Below, piece after piece: positions 28,531 to 43,333 of a DNA stretch of 64,000 nt; position 1 is the first letter of the stretch, and every line of letters begins with the position of its first letter. Source of the DNA: the human T2T-CHM13v2.0 reference genome, Homo sapiens; assembly GCF_009914755.1 (NCBI RefSeq), contig NC_060943.1; one strand, written 5' to 3'. Made by a program: the position numbers and the translations under genes. The notes under the pieces were generated by a model, which was not told the DNA's origin, made no database searches, and saw only the letters and a list, made by a program, of their open reading frames with translations.

Positions 28531-29060
28531 TTCTCCAGGCAGGTACATGAGTTCCTGGCCCTCTCTCCAGGTCAAACAGGAATAAGCTGGGAGGTCAGGA
28601 AGTCCATAGAGGCTTTACACCTGGCATATGTGTGGGTCCATTTAGAAAGATACTCTCAACACATGCAATGTTGCAAGCCTGTCACCCAACGTCTACCAGA
28701 CCCTTCTTATAGATGCGTCATTTGCAAAAACAAAAACAGTCTGTTTTCTTTCACTTAACACTGCAGGGTGGACCTCTTAACCTCTTTCCATATCGAGACG
28801 GATTTTTTTCACCCATTTCAGTGGCTTTCAGTGTTCGTTGTAAAGATGCACCATTAGTTTATTTAGCCAGCTCCTTTCTGGTTCATATTTAAACTGTTTG
28901 TAGTTTTATGGCTATTCCTGAATTATTTCTGTTTCCTCTGATGTCATCTTTTTCTGTTTGCTTCTTTTGATGTCTCTTGTGGTGGAGGCTGTCCTCAGAT
29001 GCTTGATGAGCCCTAGTTACCCATTCATAGTTGAGAGTGGAGCAATAAACATGTGATTGA

Positions 29061-29358
<298 letters not shown>

Positions 29359-29723
29359 ACCTGATTTTGTAATCGGAAGGAGGGGGAAGAGCTTTTCTTC
29401 AGGGTATTCGGGTGAGGAGTCAACCCTCTTGGTTCCAAGGGAGAATCATTAGTTGGCTAGGGTTGCTGTAGCAAAGTATTATGGACTAAGTGGCTTAAAC
29501 AACAGAAATGTGTTTTTTCACAGTCCTGGAGGCCAGGAGTCTGAGATCAAGGCATTGGGCAGCGTCGGTTTCTTCTGGGACCTTTCTCCTGGGTTTGTAG
29601 ATGGCCATCTTCTCCCTGTGTCCTCCCATGGTTTTCCCTCTGCCCCTGTCTGCATCAGAATTTCCTCTTTATAAGGATACCCGTTCTAGGGATCACTAGG
29701 GTACACTCTAATGACTCCATTTT

Positions 29724-30557
<834 letters not shown>

Positions 30558-30900
30558 TTTTAACTTAATTACCTCTGCAAAGACTCTATCTGCAGTCACA
30601 TTCAGAGGTACTGGGGGTTAGGACTTCAAGGTGGATTTGGAGGGGAATGCAGTTCATTCTATACCAAACGGACTTGCAGTCTCCATCCTGGCAGAAGACC
30701 CCCAGTGTGTACAGGACCGGAAGGCAGCCAGGGCTTTGATCACTCTGTCTGAAGCCTCCCAGTTAGTCCTCTGAAAGCAGTGCTCCCTGCTCCTCCTCCC
30801 AGCTTGGAGTCCATAGGTTATTTGCAGTTTCCTCAGCAGGTACATCTTCCATCTCCCGCCAGGGGTGCAGTAGGGGATAGTTGCCTGGTCACTGGATTGT

Positions 30901-31077
30901 CTTTTTTTCTTTCTTTTTTTTTTTTTTTAAACAGACTCTTGCTCTGTTGCCCAGGCTGGACTACAGTGGCCCAATCATAGCTCACTGCTGCTTTGAACTC
31001 CTGGACTCAAGTGATCCTCCCATCTTGGCCTCCCAAAGTGCTGGGATTACAGGCGTGAGCCTCTGTGCCCAACTGCC
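30901..31077 (-). mobile_element. FLAM/Alu monomer
   Basis: Single antisense Alu arm with poly-T. Confidence 0.85.
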
Positions 31078-32877
31078 ACTAGATTTTTAAGCCCACATTT
31101 CACCCCTGCCATCTGCCTGTCCTGGTGCTTCCAAGTCCTGCACTTTGCTGCATTCTGTGGGGCAAGGCAGTCTTCCCCGCACTCCTCTGCAGGCTCAGCT
31201 AGCATGTCCCCTTCACCCTGTAGAATCTGCTCCCACCCTCCGTCCCCTTCCCATCTTCCAAAATCATGTTGCAATCTGGCATCTGCTGCTGTTCCTCTCT
31301 AGCTCTCTTCATTACCATGGGCCCCTCTGTTTCATTCCTTCGCTGTCATTATGCTGGGATCTCAGGAGGAAGATGAGCTCAACGTACACGTTCAGTCCCT
31401 GTGTTTACCCAGAATCCTCCTGGCTTCTCCCCAAGAAGAGGTCAGAGCCGCAGCCTGCGGAGGAGGGTGTTGAGGCAGCTCAGCCAGCATGAGGCTGGCC
31501 CTGCTGGATCCAGTGGGGAGAGGTCACGGTCCCCTAGGGCTGAGGAGGGAGAGAGAGAGCTGTGGGCGGGGCCTGTGCATCTGTCCTTGGAGTCCTGAAG
31601 TCTTGAATCTCTGTTGCTACTGAGAGGGAAGGAGGCCTCCAGGTCTTGCTCTGCACTACAGGGGCTCTGGACTTGTTGGAGAGGTGTCTCTTCACTCCAG
31701 GGCTTCCACCCGAGACCTGGGCTCCCGGGACTGGGTGTGCCCAGCCTCCTCTCCCCCACCCCCCTGCCAGTGATGTCATAGGTGTGACACTGCAGCCAAA
31801 GACCAGGCGAACTCAGGCGGGTGTCTACCACCTCCAAAATAAAACGTGTTTTCTAAACTGTTGCTGAAGCTGCTGAAATGTTTTGTAAAATGTTTACACC
31901 TCCCTTGATATAAGGCAAATACCTTCTGTCAGCCGGGGGTGGGCCGGGTGGGGGAGCCCTGGGCGGGGAGGCAGGATCAAGTGGCTCTGGTGTCATTGGT
32001 GACACCCATGTGTGTTCACTCCTGGTGGAATTTCTCCTCTCAAGGTCTCTCTGTCCTTGCTGGGGAGATGGGGACTGGGTCCTTGGACACTTCTGTTTTA
32101 GGAAGCCTAAGCTCACTGAGGAATTGTTCTAGGGGAAGTGTCTTTGAAGGAGGTGAGGCAGACACGAAGTCCAAAGCTGAGGGGATGGGGAGTTGCTGAA
32201 AATGAGTGTTCCCTGGAGAGTGGCAACCATCCCTGGAGGTGGCAGGCGCTGAGAGACAGAACTCGGGGGGACACCTAGGGAGACTGGACTGCAGCCCCAG
32301 GGCTGACTTCCCAGCCATCTGACCAGAGGGAATGGAAGGCAGAGATCCCCCAGACACCCCAGGCTGTCTGGGTCCAGGGAGCTTCACAGGGTCCTAAAGA
32401 GGGGGATGGGGACCTGGAGCAATTTACTGTGAGTTACAAAAAAAAAAAAAAATCACATGCAGTCGGACCTGAACCATGCACAGTGAGCCTGGCTTTACAC
32501 TTGAGCATGACACGTGATACCCACTGTCTCCTCCAGCAGCTCTCTTGAAGGCCAGGGAAGCCAGCCCGTCCGTGACCTCTGTGACAGAGCTACTGCTGCA
32601 GCCACACACTCAGTGTGTCAGGCACTAGATAGAAATGGAAAGGCTTCAGGCCACACACAAGGCCGTGGGGCTCCAGCTTCCCCTCTGGGAGAGCTTCGGC
32701 ACTACATGTTCTCTCCTAGGCAGCACTGTGGTGTCGGCAGCCCCGCTGTCTGTACACACAGCTCCTCCGCCAGGCTGGAGTCACCCTCTATGCCCAGAAA
32801 CTCCCACGGAAGAAGGGCATGGGCAGCTCCTCATACCATGGGGAGGGACAGGAGGGACTGTGTGGGCCTGGTGGTGA

Positions 32878-33240
32878 CATGCACACATGACATACACCCA
32901 TACATGTACCACACATACACACCCCATACCCCATACACACGCCACACATACACCACACATACGCAGGCCACACACACATACACACTCCCACACACACATC
33001 ACATATACACACTGCACACACACACCACACATACATACACACCACACATGCATCACACATACCCCACATACACCACACATGCACCACACACCCCGCACAC
33101 ATGTACCACACACATGCACCACACATATATACCACACATACCCACACTGCACACACATGCACCACACATACACACTGCACACCACACACACCACATATGC
33201 TTGCCACACACACACGGAATGCATGTAGCAAACACACTCT
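32878..33240. repeat. Degenerate (CA)n/(CACAC)n low-complexity tract
   Basis: Directly visible; source of the His/Thr- and Cys/Val-rich ORFs. Confidence 0.95.
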
Positions 33241-34149
33241 GCCCATTGGCCTCTGTCCACCATCCAAAGCTTCTCTGCCAGCCCTGGCATCTGCTTACAG
33301 TGGAGGGGCAGCCCTTTTCTTCCTGGGGCTCCCACAGTAAGCTGAGCAGAGCACACTGCTGAGAGCTGGAAGTTCTCCCCTCAAGACCATGGGGACACAG
33401 GAGGCAGGGAGCTGGGCAGGCAGTGGTATGCAGTGTCAGGAGCCTCCAGGGCAGGCCCCCACTCCCCTATCCTCCTTCCACTATGCAGTTCCTTCCCCTT
33501 GCAGGGGTCAGCCTAGCCTGGGAGCTGGGGCCAGTTCAGGGGCTTCCATATCAGTGAGGGCCACGTCCATCATTGCTGAAAGCAGAGTGGCCACCAGCAC
33601 TGGCCCGACGTGGACGCAGGGAGGAGTGGTGCCCAGACCTGGCCCAAGCCAGGGTGGCTACAGTTTGATCTGACCAGAGTTGCCCTGTCTGTCTTCAGCT
33701 TGCACCTCTGGCCATCCCAGGTTCAGGGCCACTCATCTCAGCTCTGTCTTATCTGTGGAAATAGGAAATCAAAGTCCATGTAATCACAAGGGAATCGTTC
33801 ATTGGGAGGCAACTGGACCCAACCAGAAAGCTAGTGCTCTCGGGGACCCTCTCTGGGGGCCCGCAGCCATGGCTGGAAACCCTATTGCAGGGTCCTCGGA
33901 GTCAGCATTGGCTCCAGCAGCATGTGTTTGCCTTGACACCAGAAGATGGAGCCCTGAGCCAACTCACATTCCTCCAGTCCCCAGTCCTTCTCCATCTTCT
34001 GTCCTCTGAGATCGGGCATCCTCCAGGACAGAGCCCAGGTATCTTCCTATCTCTGAACACCCACAGTCACCTTCCCACACTGCATCACCACAGGGTGTGC
34101 AGGGCCTAACACTGCTATGCTAGGTTCTTAACACATGTCTGTTGTGTGG

Positions 34150-35080
34150 TTGGATGGATGGACAGATGGATGCATGGATGGTGAGTGGGAAGATGGATGG
34201 ATGGATGGGTGGATGGATGGATAGATAGGTGGATGGACAGATTGATGGAAAGATGGATGGGTAGGCAGATGAGTGGGCATATGGATGGATGGATGGATGG
34301 ATGAGTAGGCAGATAGATGGATGTGTGGGTGGGTGGGTGGGTAGATGGATGGAGGGATGTATGAATGGATAGAGGGATGGCTGGGTGGAAGAATGTATGG
34401 AGGGAAGGGTGGATGGATAGATGAATGGAAGGACGGATAGATGGATGGAAAGTTGGACAGATGGGTAGGTGAGTGGGCAAATGGAAGTATGTGTGGGCAG
34501 ATAGGTGATGGAGGGATAGATGTTTGTATAGAGGGATGGATGGATGGATGGATGGACAGATGGATGGATGGGTGGGTGAGTGGGTAGATGGATGGATGGA
34601 TGGATGGACAGATGGATGGACAGATGGATGGATGGGTGGGTGAGTGGGCAGATGGATGGATGGATGGCTGTTTGGATGGATGGATGGATAGATGGAAAGA
34701 TGGACAGATAGGTAGTGAGTGGGCATATGGATGGATGGGTAGACAGACTGATGGATGAGATGGATGGATGGATGGATGGATGGATGGATGGATGGATGGA
34801 TGAAGGGATGGATGGATAGATGAATGGATGGATGGACAGATAGATGGGAAGATGGACAGCTAGGTGGGTGGGTGGGCAGATGGATGGATGGGTGGGTAGA
34901 CAGTCTGGATGAGCTGAATGAATGGGTGGATGGAAGGTGGGAGGGAGGGAGTGATAGATGAATGGATGGATGGACAGACGGATGGAAAGATGGACAGATG
35001 GGTGGGTGCATGGGCAGATGGATGGATGGATGGGTGGACAGACTGATGGATGGACGGACGGACAGACGGATGGGTAGGTA
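34150..35080. repeat. Degenerate (TGGA)n simple repeat, ~930 bp
   Basis: Directly visible GGAT/GGAC/GGGT array. Confidence 0.97.
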
Positions 35081-35809
35081 CATGTAGTAAAAGAAGGAAA
35101 TACATGAGGGGAGGCAAAGATTTGTTGGTAGACTGAACCGTAGCCCCTCTGGGGACTAAATTCTCTCAGGAAACAGGTTGAAAGCTCAACATCATCTCCA
35201 GAAGCTATTTTCTTGCAGTTCGCACACCCAGCATTCCTGTGGTCTTGTCATCAGGCTGCCTCTGGCCCTGTCTTTCTTACCTCTTTGTTCCTTGGTTGCA
35301 CCCCTTCCCCCTCTTCCCTGGGGCTGGGCATTCTCAATTGGTAACACGAACCTGGAGGGGATGTGAATGGAGATGAGGTTTCTGGGGAGAAACAGCTGTT
35401 TCCCACCCCGAGCGTAACTCCCATCACGGGCCTTGGGAAGCTGGAACAGCCTAACAGCCACCCCCAGTTCCCCACCCACATCTCTCTTTTCTCCCTGCTT
35501 TGATGTTCTCCAGTTAGTCCTGGCTCAGCCTCTGCAGCTGCTGATATGAATACACTAAGTGGATCAATAACATGTCAGTCCTTTGCCAGGAGCAAGGGTA
35601 AGAGGGGGTCTGCATCTATCAAGTGCTGAGTGACAGCTAATCATTTTTCACCTGGCATTCACCCTTCCGAAGATAAGCCCGGCTCTGCTGGGAACAAGAA
35701 GACAACGTCAGAGGCTCCCCTGCTCCACTTCCTGCAGAGCCCAGGGCACCAGCCTGGCTCACATTTCCACTCCCTATGCGTGATCCTGTGTTAAGTGTGG
35801 GGCTCAGTG

Positions 35810-36080
35810 GGAATGTGTGCACGCCCTGGGTTCATGAGCAAATGTGTCTGTGGGTGGGATTGGATCTTTGTGTGTGCGTGCATGCCTGGAGGCTGAATAC
35901 CTGTGAGTGTGTGTGTATCTGAGTATTTGTTTGAGAATGTGCATGACTGCGTATGTGCAGATGTCTGTGTGCACATCCATGCAGATCTCAGTATCCATGT
36001 GAGTGTGTGCATGCACAGGCACCTAGGAGCATATGTTTGACCATTTGTGTGTGCACGCGTGTGTCTACACAAAGGTGTGT
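35810..36080. repeat. Degenerate (TG)n-rich tract
   Basis: Recurrent gtgtgtg/gcatgc. Confidence 0.7.
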
Positions 36081-38970
36081 GAGGGGCCTGTGTTCATCAT
36101 CAAGGTGTTGCTGTATATGCCAACATCTGCATCTCCCTTGGTTACCCTTGAGTCCTCTCTCTAGGAGACAGGATTCCCAGCAGGCTGTCCTTCCCTGAGC
36201 CATTTCACTGCCACTCCCTGCTCAGCTGGTGCCTAGAAGAGAGGAGTGGTGGCTGGAACCCTGTGCTCACCTACCATCCCCCTTCCTGCTGGAGAAAGCA
36301 GGTGCCTGTAGAAGGAAGGCAGTCTGAGGGTGAAGGATCCTGGATTGGACAGGAACATTTCAATTGCAAGGGACAGCATCAGGTAGGGCTGTATCTAGGC
36401 TCTGCCTTGGTGTGGTCAGAACTTAGCTTCTCCATTCCTTGCCTCTGCTTCTCCTCTCGTGGGCTTCAGTCCCAGATAGCCTTTTGCCAAGGGGTGGCCC
36501 TGGCATCTCTGGGCCGCCATTGTCACCCCATTGTGTTACCTGATCATCCTCGAGCCAATTCCTTTGGCAGGAGGATCCCATGCCCCTTCTGGTGTGGGTG
36601 GTGCCACCTCATCCAAACCACAGGGGCTGAGAGTGGGGAGGAGTAGCTTCCCGTGGCGAAGGGGTGCTGGTGTGGTTGTGAAGGGGGAGGTTAGGTGGAC
36701 AGAAACTGAGTGTGGGTACTTTCCTCCTGGGGTGAGGTCTTGCGTCTCAGGCACTAAGAGGCTCAGCCTGCAGGCACCGGGCCTGGCTCCTCGGTGCCCT
36801 TGGCCCCACATGGGTGCTGTGCAGTCACTTCCATGCAGCCACAGGCAGCTGCTCTGGCCTCAAGCTTTAGATGAGCCTAGCCTCCTGACCAGGCTCCACC
36901 GGTTACCCCACACCCAGGCCCAGCCCCCTCCTGACACACCCTGCCCCACAGGCAGCTTCCATGCCCTGGGTGTGGGGCCTGGGACCTCCACCATCCTCTC
37001 ACTGTGCAGAAGGGGAAGGTGCTGGGCGAGCCCCCACCCGGGGGTCAGGTGCTGCATTAGGGGCCTCACCTTCCCCAGTGTTCCCTCCACTTTTAGATGA
37101 GGATACCCCCGGCCCCCATCCGGGCTCAGCCAAGGAGCCGTAAGCAGTTCTGTAAAGTGTGGCTGCGGGGCTGGCAGCCGGGCTGCTCTTCCCAGGCTCC
37201 ATGAATAATTGAAGCTCCATTAAAATGTGCGTCTGCAGCCTGGAGGACACGCCCTCCCTCACTGAGTGTGGGCGCAAGCCTGGACAGTATTGCCTGGGGC
37301 TGCATCTGCCTCGGAAGGCCCTGGAGGGGCACAAAGACCAGGTCAGACCTGCCACTCCTGGGCCCTGCCCCTGCCCCCTCTCCTTCCCTGCCTTCCCTTT
37401 TCTCCCCATCCTAGCATGTGGCAGGCATGGAGACCTGGCCCTGGAGCTCCCCAGCCAGGTGGCACAGAGAGGCCCACTCCGGGTGGGCTGGGGAGGTCCC
37501 CAGCTGCTCCACCTCTCCTTGGGCACTGACAGAGCCTGCTCCAAGGGTGGACTGTGGCCCAGAGTGGGGGGCCACACCTCGGCACACCCCAGCCAGGGAC
37601 CAGGCCGCAGCTGCTCACCAGCAGATCCCTGGAGGATCGACCCAGCAGATGCTGGGGGTTGGGGAGGGAGTGAGGGCACAGAGCTCCCGGGAGCCATCGG
37701 CAGCGCACAGCTGTCATCAGGAGACCAGCACTGCTGTGTGTGCAAGTGCAAGCATATGTATCGGGGGGCGCTGTTATGAGGGACATGAGTGTGCGTGCAC
37801 AGAGTGTGAGGGTGTCTCCAGAGCTGCGTGGCTGCATGTGATTGTGGGGACACAACCGAGTCTCTACGTCTGTGGCTCTATGTCTGCGCGTCACAAACCC
37901 TTGATCAGGCTAAGAGGTCCCCGTGGGGAAGGGCATTTCTCCTTGGCTCCTGACTGATGCCCCTCCCCACACACTCACCCCCCAGGGGCATCCTGTACCT
38001 GCTGTTGTGGGCCCCTCCTCGACTCATTCTGAGAGCTAAGCCTCGAGTCCTAATCCAAATCTGAAATTCCTGGTAATGAAATCTGTGAAAGGTGAAAATT
38101 AAAAACCCATGGCCACAATCTCCTGGTCCCTGCAGTGGCCCAGGGTCCCTGCTGAGCCCTGCGTGGGGCCTCGAGGCGCCAGTACCAGCCCTTTCCCCAC
38201 TGCCCTGCCCTGAGCTCAGTGAGCCTTCACTCCCTCATTAGCAAGAAGGGTGCTTCTCCTGCCTTCACCTTCCTTTGCCCCAAATGCGACGCAAGCGAAA
38301 GATACTCTTTCTCCCTTGGCTCTCCCACCCACTCTGGCCTCCCTGGTCCTCACCACTGGGACTCTGGGGGTCTCGGCACAGAGGTGTGATGAAAGAAGGG
38401 TTAGGGGCTGCCAGGGTGAGCCAAGAGAACAGAGCTGGAGGCTTCAGCCTCGGCCAGCCCCTTATCTCTAGCCTCATCTTCTATATTCTCTCATCTGGTC
38501 GTGGTGGGTGCTTTGGGAAGGATCAGGGCAGAGTGACCTGGGCCGGAGCCTGGCCACAGGGTCTAGGTGGCTGGTATTTTGGGCTGAGCTGGACTTGCCC
38601 ACTGGAGACACTGGGAATGGGGCCGCTCAGGGCTCTTGCCTGGAAGTGGTCCGATTCCCCTTGGCCCAGAGAGAAGCTTTCAGGGTGGGGCATGAAGGTC
38701 ATTGCCCGCTGCAGCAGGGGCTTCTTGCATTCTCCCTCTTCCTCCTGTAAGAACCGGGGTCTGAGTTGACCCAGTTCTATCCCAAGGCCTTCAGCAACCG
38801 GGCAGAAGGCCCTCAGGCCACTGACCTCTTGAGATGACTGTGCTTTGTGGCCAGGAGTGGAAGGTGTGGTGGTAGATGGGGCAGGGGACAGGGCCAGCCA
38901 GTCACATACCAGGTCCTAAAGGCCTTGCCATCCTGGGACCTGGTATTGATGTCTTTAAAGGTGAGTATCA

Positions 38971-39250
38971 GCTGGTCACATTGGCTCATGCCTGTAATCC
39001 CAGCACTGTGGGAAGCTGAGGTGGGAGGATCACTTTAGCTCAGGAGTTCGAGACCAGCCTGGGCAATATAGCGAGACCCCGTTTCTACCCATAATACAAA
39101 AATTAGCATGGTGGCGCATGCCTGTAGTCCCAGCTACTCAGGGGCTTGAGCTCAGGAGATAGAGGCTGCTGGAAGTCCTGGTTGCACCACTGTCCTCCAG
39201 CCTGGGTGACAGAGCAAGACCCTGTCTCAATAATAATAATAATAATAAAA
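38971..39250 (+). mobile_element. AluJ with internal deletions and (TAA)n tail
   Basis: Alu motifs; taataataataataataaaa tail. Confidence 0.88.
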
Positions 39251-41879
39251 GTGTGAGCATCAGCTGGGAGGTGGGGAGTGAAGGGTGTGGGCACTAGAAC
39301 TCCCTCTGGGTGGCTCACAGGATGGGGCTGGATCGGTGTCCCAGGAGCAGGGAAAGCCACCCAAATGTCCCACCTCTCGACAGCAGTGCTGAACTCCAGA
39401 CATGGCGAGGACAGGTTTAGATTTGATTCTTCCTCCTGACCGCCATAAAGAAGGGGGCTCCCTGGCAAGGGGCTAGGAGACGTGGGCCAGGGGCTGCAAA
39501 GAAAGGGGCTGAGGGGACAGTGCATGCCGGCAACCCAGCCCTCAGGGCCATCCCGAGTGCTCAGCCTCAGTGCAGCTGCTCCTGCTCCCCCACCTCGACC
39601 CGCACCTCTGCTGGCAGTGCTCCCCTCCCAGCTCCTGCACCTTCCCCTCCTCTGCTTGTATCTCAGTCCCACCCACTTTTCCAAGCCCAGCCCTTCCGTG
39701 CCACTTTCGCTGATGCCTGATCCTGAGCCCTCTCCTCCCCTTCCCAGGCCCTTTCTGTGCCAAAGATGCACTTCATCCACAGTCGCCCGGGAGCCACTTC
39801 TGGCCACGCGTCCTGCTCCCCAGGTGCGTCCTATGGTGGGGATCCTCTCCCACCACCTCCCTTTCTTCAAATGAGGCTCCCTGGCTGATCCTGTGTTCCT
39901 GCCAGGGGAAAAACTTGGTACCTTGGGCATCCCCTTCTGGAAATCTTCCATATGTCAGGCTTAGGACGGACAGGCAGCGCAGGACCACAACTTGTGCCGA
40001 CCCAGGAGGCTGAACCAGCCTCCCGTGGTGGCTGCAGCACTGCCCAAGGAGTCGCCGTATGTGTGAACCCGTGTCTGTGTGTGTAGAGTGTGTGCTCCCG
40101 GCCCCTGAAAGCCTGTGGCCACTTGCATTCATGCACATGAGTGTCCATGCACATGTGTGTGCCACAGAGTCCCAGAGTGGGCTGTAGTGGAGCCGAGAGT
40201 CTGCCGTGGTCAGGCCGTGCTTGGGGCTGGGGCCTCAGCACCGGATGGGGCTGTGCATCTTGTCGCGCCTGGCTTTATTAATCCATTTTGTGAATAGACT
40301 TGGGAGTTCATGTTGGGAATCTGGCCATTTGCTCCCATTTCCTCCAGGCCCCCCGGAAGGAGGAACACATGTTAAATATTTGCGGTTTTGCTGCGTTAGG
40401 TTTTAAAGTTCAGCAGTAATTACCGTGACCAGGTGCCAAGTGGATCTGCTCCCTGGAGAAGGCTCCTGCCGTAGCGGGCTGGTGGCTGCATTCCAGGCCA
40501 GCCTCTGTGTGGCGTTTGCACAAGCCTGTGTGCCTTGCTTTCCGGCGCCTCTCTTTTTCGGCCTCCACTGACTGCTGGGCCCTTCACTCGGCTGGGCTGT
40601 GCCTTCTGTGGGTGGGTGCTCTCCTCTGGCCCAGCCCCGGCCCACACTCCCAAAGAGCAGGCTGCGGGCAGCTGAGGCACCAATGTGGGACTTTGGTAAG
40701 CAGAGCCTGGGGGCTCCAGCAAGTGCCTTCGCTCCCACGGCAGGTTCATGGCCACACCTGTGGCTGTCCACACACATGCCATCAGAGCAGACAGAACTGT
40801 ATTTCCAGAGCACATGTTAGTTTTTAAATCCCTCACCCCAGCCAGCCCCATTTCAGACTACTCAGTTACTCTTTCATGTAAATTTCATCCAATCATGTTT
40901 TCTTGCACAAATTCAGCATCATTCACACATCCCCGTTGAGTTCACAGTTCTCTCTAGGCTCTGGCCTGGGTGAGTGGTGACATCTATGTCCTTGATGTGG
41001 ATATATGCAGATGCTGCTTTTGGGGCGGCTTCTGTAGCCAGGGCGGTGCCCTCTGCTTCCTGGGTAGCAGCTGTGTCTCTGCTGGGCTTGACCTAGGACT
41101 ACATGTCACACCCCTCAACAGTGATGTCTTTCAGGGTTGCTGCCAGATCAAAGGAAGAGTTGGGGGAACACAGTGCCAGCAATGCCAGGCAAAGGAAAAG
41201 GGGCACATTCAGCCAAGCCTCAAGTAACCATGCCCTGCAGGCCTCACACAGTCCCAAGAGAGAACCCCGCATGGCCTCTGATATTTGGGTGTGGTTCGAT
41301 GAGCATCCCTGAGACAGCCACAGGCACCCAGACATGCACCTGCCCTCAACAGACTCCCAGCCCACTGGGAAGAGAGCCACACATGCTCAGAGTACAGGTG
41401 CTTAGGAGGGGGAGGTGCAGGGGAGCCCAGGCCAGGGAAGGGAGAGAGGGAAGCAGACCCCACTTCTTCGAGCTCCCTGGGAGGCCTGTGAGCCCAGGGC
41501 AGGAGGAGCTGGGGTCATCTGGGGAGAAGATGCAACACAAGGCAAGCTTGCCCAGTGAGGGAGACTCAGTCATGAGGACAGAGGTGAGCTCCATAGGGTG
41601 CTGCTGCGTTAGTCTGACTTCTGGCCCTGCCCTCTGTGGACCACATCTGAGTCCTGCGGGATGGGCTTGGAATAAGCAAGAAGAGCATCTAGGGCATGTT
41701 GAGAAAGACTCTGGCACAGGGAGCTGCTCTGCTGGCTTCTAGCAGGCGTGGGCAGAGAGGAGATGGGCACTCCCCCACTGTGCAACAGGATACCCTGCAA
41801 TTTAGTAATCCCAAGACCTCCAGGCCTCAGTTTCCGGTAGAACTTAGAGGGAAATCCAAAGGAAGCCCACAGGGAAACA

Positions 41880-42281
41880 GACTGTCATTAAAGTGCAGCT
41901 GGGGCTGCAGTCTCATCTGACGGCTCAACAACTGAGGGAGGATCTGTTTCCAAGCTCAGCCAAGTGGCTGCTGGCAGGATTGAGTCCGTCTCAGGCTGTT
42001 GGCCAGAGAACTCCCTCAGTTCCTTGCCATGTGGGCCTCTCCGTAGCACAGTTCATGGCATAGGAGCTGGCTTCTTTCAGCGTGAGCAAGCCAGAGAGGG
42101 AAATGAGACAGAAGTCACAGCGCGTGTGTAACTTAACCTCAGAAGTGACAGCCCGTCATTGTAGCTGTGGTCTATGTGTTAGACGCTAGCCTCCAAGTCC
42201 AGCCCACCTGGGAAGGGATTGCAAGAGCATGTTGCCAGGTGGTGAGGATTGCTGGCACCATCTTGGAGGCTGCCTGCCGCA
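41880..42281 (-). mobile_element. MLT1F-like MaLR LTR
   Basis: 'gctggggctgcagtctcatctga..gctcaac...ggaggatctgtttccaagctca...cctcagttccttgccatgtgggcctctcc...ccatcttggaggctgcctgccgca'. Confidence 0.8.
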
Positions 42282-42316
42282 GGTGAGGTATGGTTGAGGT
42301 GCTTTCATAGGGAAAT

Positions 42317-42923
42317 TGTAACCATCATAGGTCCACTGGCCAAAGCATACAGCAAGTCAATACACCCAAACCTGGTTGCAACAGAGAAAGAGATTTAATT
42401 GTAGGGTCACTGAACAAGGAAATGGGAAAAAACCTCAAATCCAGCTCCCCAAGGAGTTTGGGCCTGGGGTTTTTAAGGGTTTTGGAGTGGGCTGAAGGAT
42501 AGAGATTGTCGACTGGTGGAAGAGTGCAGGGTGAAGTGCCAGGGGCAGTGAGAGGAAGAACCTGTGTTCTCAGGCTGATCCCCATCTTCTGTGGGGTCTT
42601 CAAACTAGTTTTGCTGGAATTCACAGTCTGAAAGAAAAACATCGTATATGATCCTTAAACAAAAGCCTATGATTTTAAGGTTGGAGATCCTGTCTATAGG
42701 AGCAATGGGGATGCCAATCAATTCTCAAACAGTCTTAGGACCCTCATGTCAGAAATCCTACCTATAGGAGCACTGGGGGTGTGCATCGTCAAGACTTAGT
42801 GCCATGTGACTTTCTGCTACAAGGAAGTGGGCCAAAGTGCAGCCTGATTGATGCTTAATTATAACTATATTCCCGTCGAGAACCCGGCGTGCAATTCTTG
42901 CCAATTCCGTGGGGACAGTTTCA
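42317..42923 (-). mobile_element. LTR26-like ERV1 solo LTR
   Basis: TG...CA ends, 607 bp, exact 4-bp TSD aaat (42313-42316 and 42924-42927); reverse complement tgaaactgtcccc...tatagttataattaagcatcaatcaggctgcactttggcccacttcc. Confidence 0.8.
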
Positions 42924-43333
42924 AAATGACATGCTCTGCCTTCCCCTGTAAAAGGATCACTGGATGCTGTGAAGAAACAGTCAGAGGAAGCAAGGTTGAA
43001 GCAGGGAGACCTCTTGGGAGAAACACTTCACTAAAACTAGTTTCTCTCTCTGTACAATAGATGTAAGGTTAATCATAGAAGCTGTCTCAGGCGACATTGT
43101 AAGAATTAAATGAGATAATACAGGGACCACGCTAAGCTCATTCTTTGGTCTTTTCCCCTAAGGAAAGAAGTGGCACATGCCCCACTGCCTTTTCGAGAGT
43201 CTGGCTTATGCTGCTGCCTACTCGAGTTCATTGGATGTGTTACTGGAAAGGGGTCCCAATCCAGACCCCAAGAGAGGGTTATTGGATCTCACGCAAGAAA
43301 GAATTCAGGGCGAATTCATCAAGTGAAAGAAAG

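Noticed and set aside
32514-33362. 282-aa His/Thr-rich ORF and antisense Cys/Val-rich ORFs
   Set aside because: Artefacts of the degenerate (CA)n tract
34115-35083. 322-aa minus-strand ORF rich in PSIH repeats
   Set aside because: Translation of the (TCCA)n simple repeat, which lacks stops by composition
36999-37957. Overlapping 180-284-aa ORFs on both strands
   Set aside because: GC-rich DNA with few stops; no recognisable domain or exon structure
39103-39951. 282-aa minus-strand ORF
   Set aside because: Runs into Alu sequence; low-complexity G/P/R content and no homology recognised
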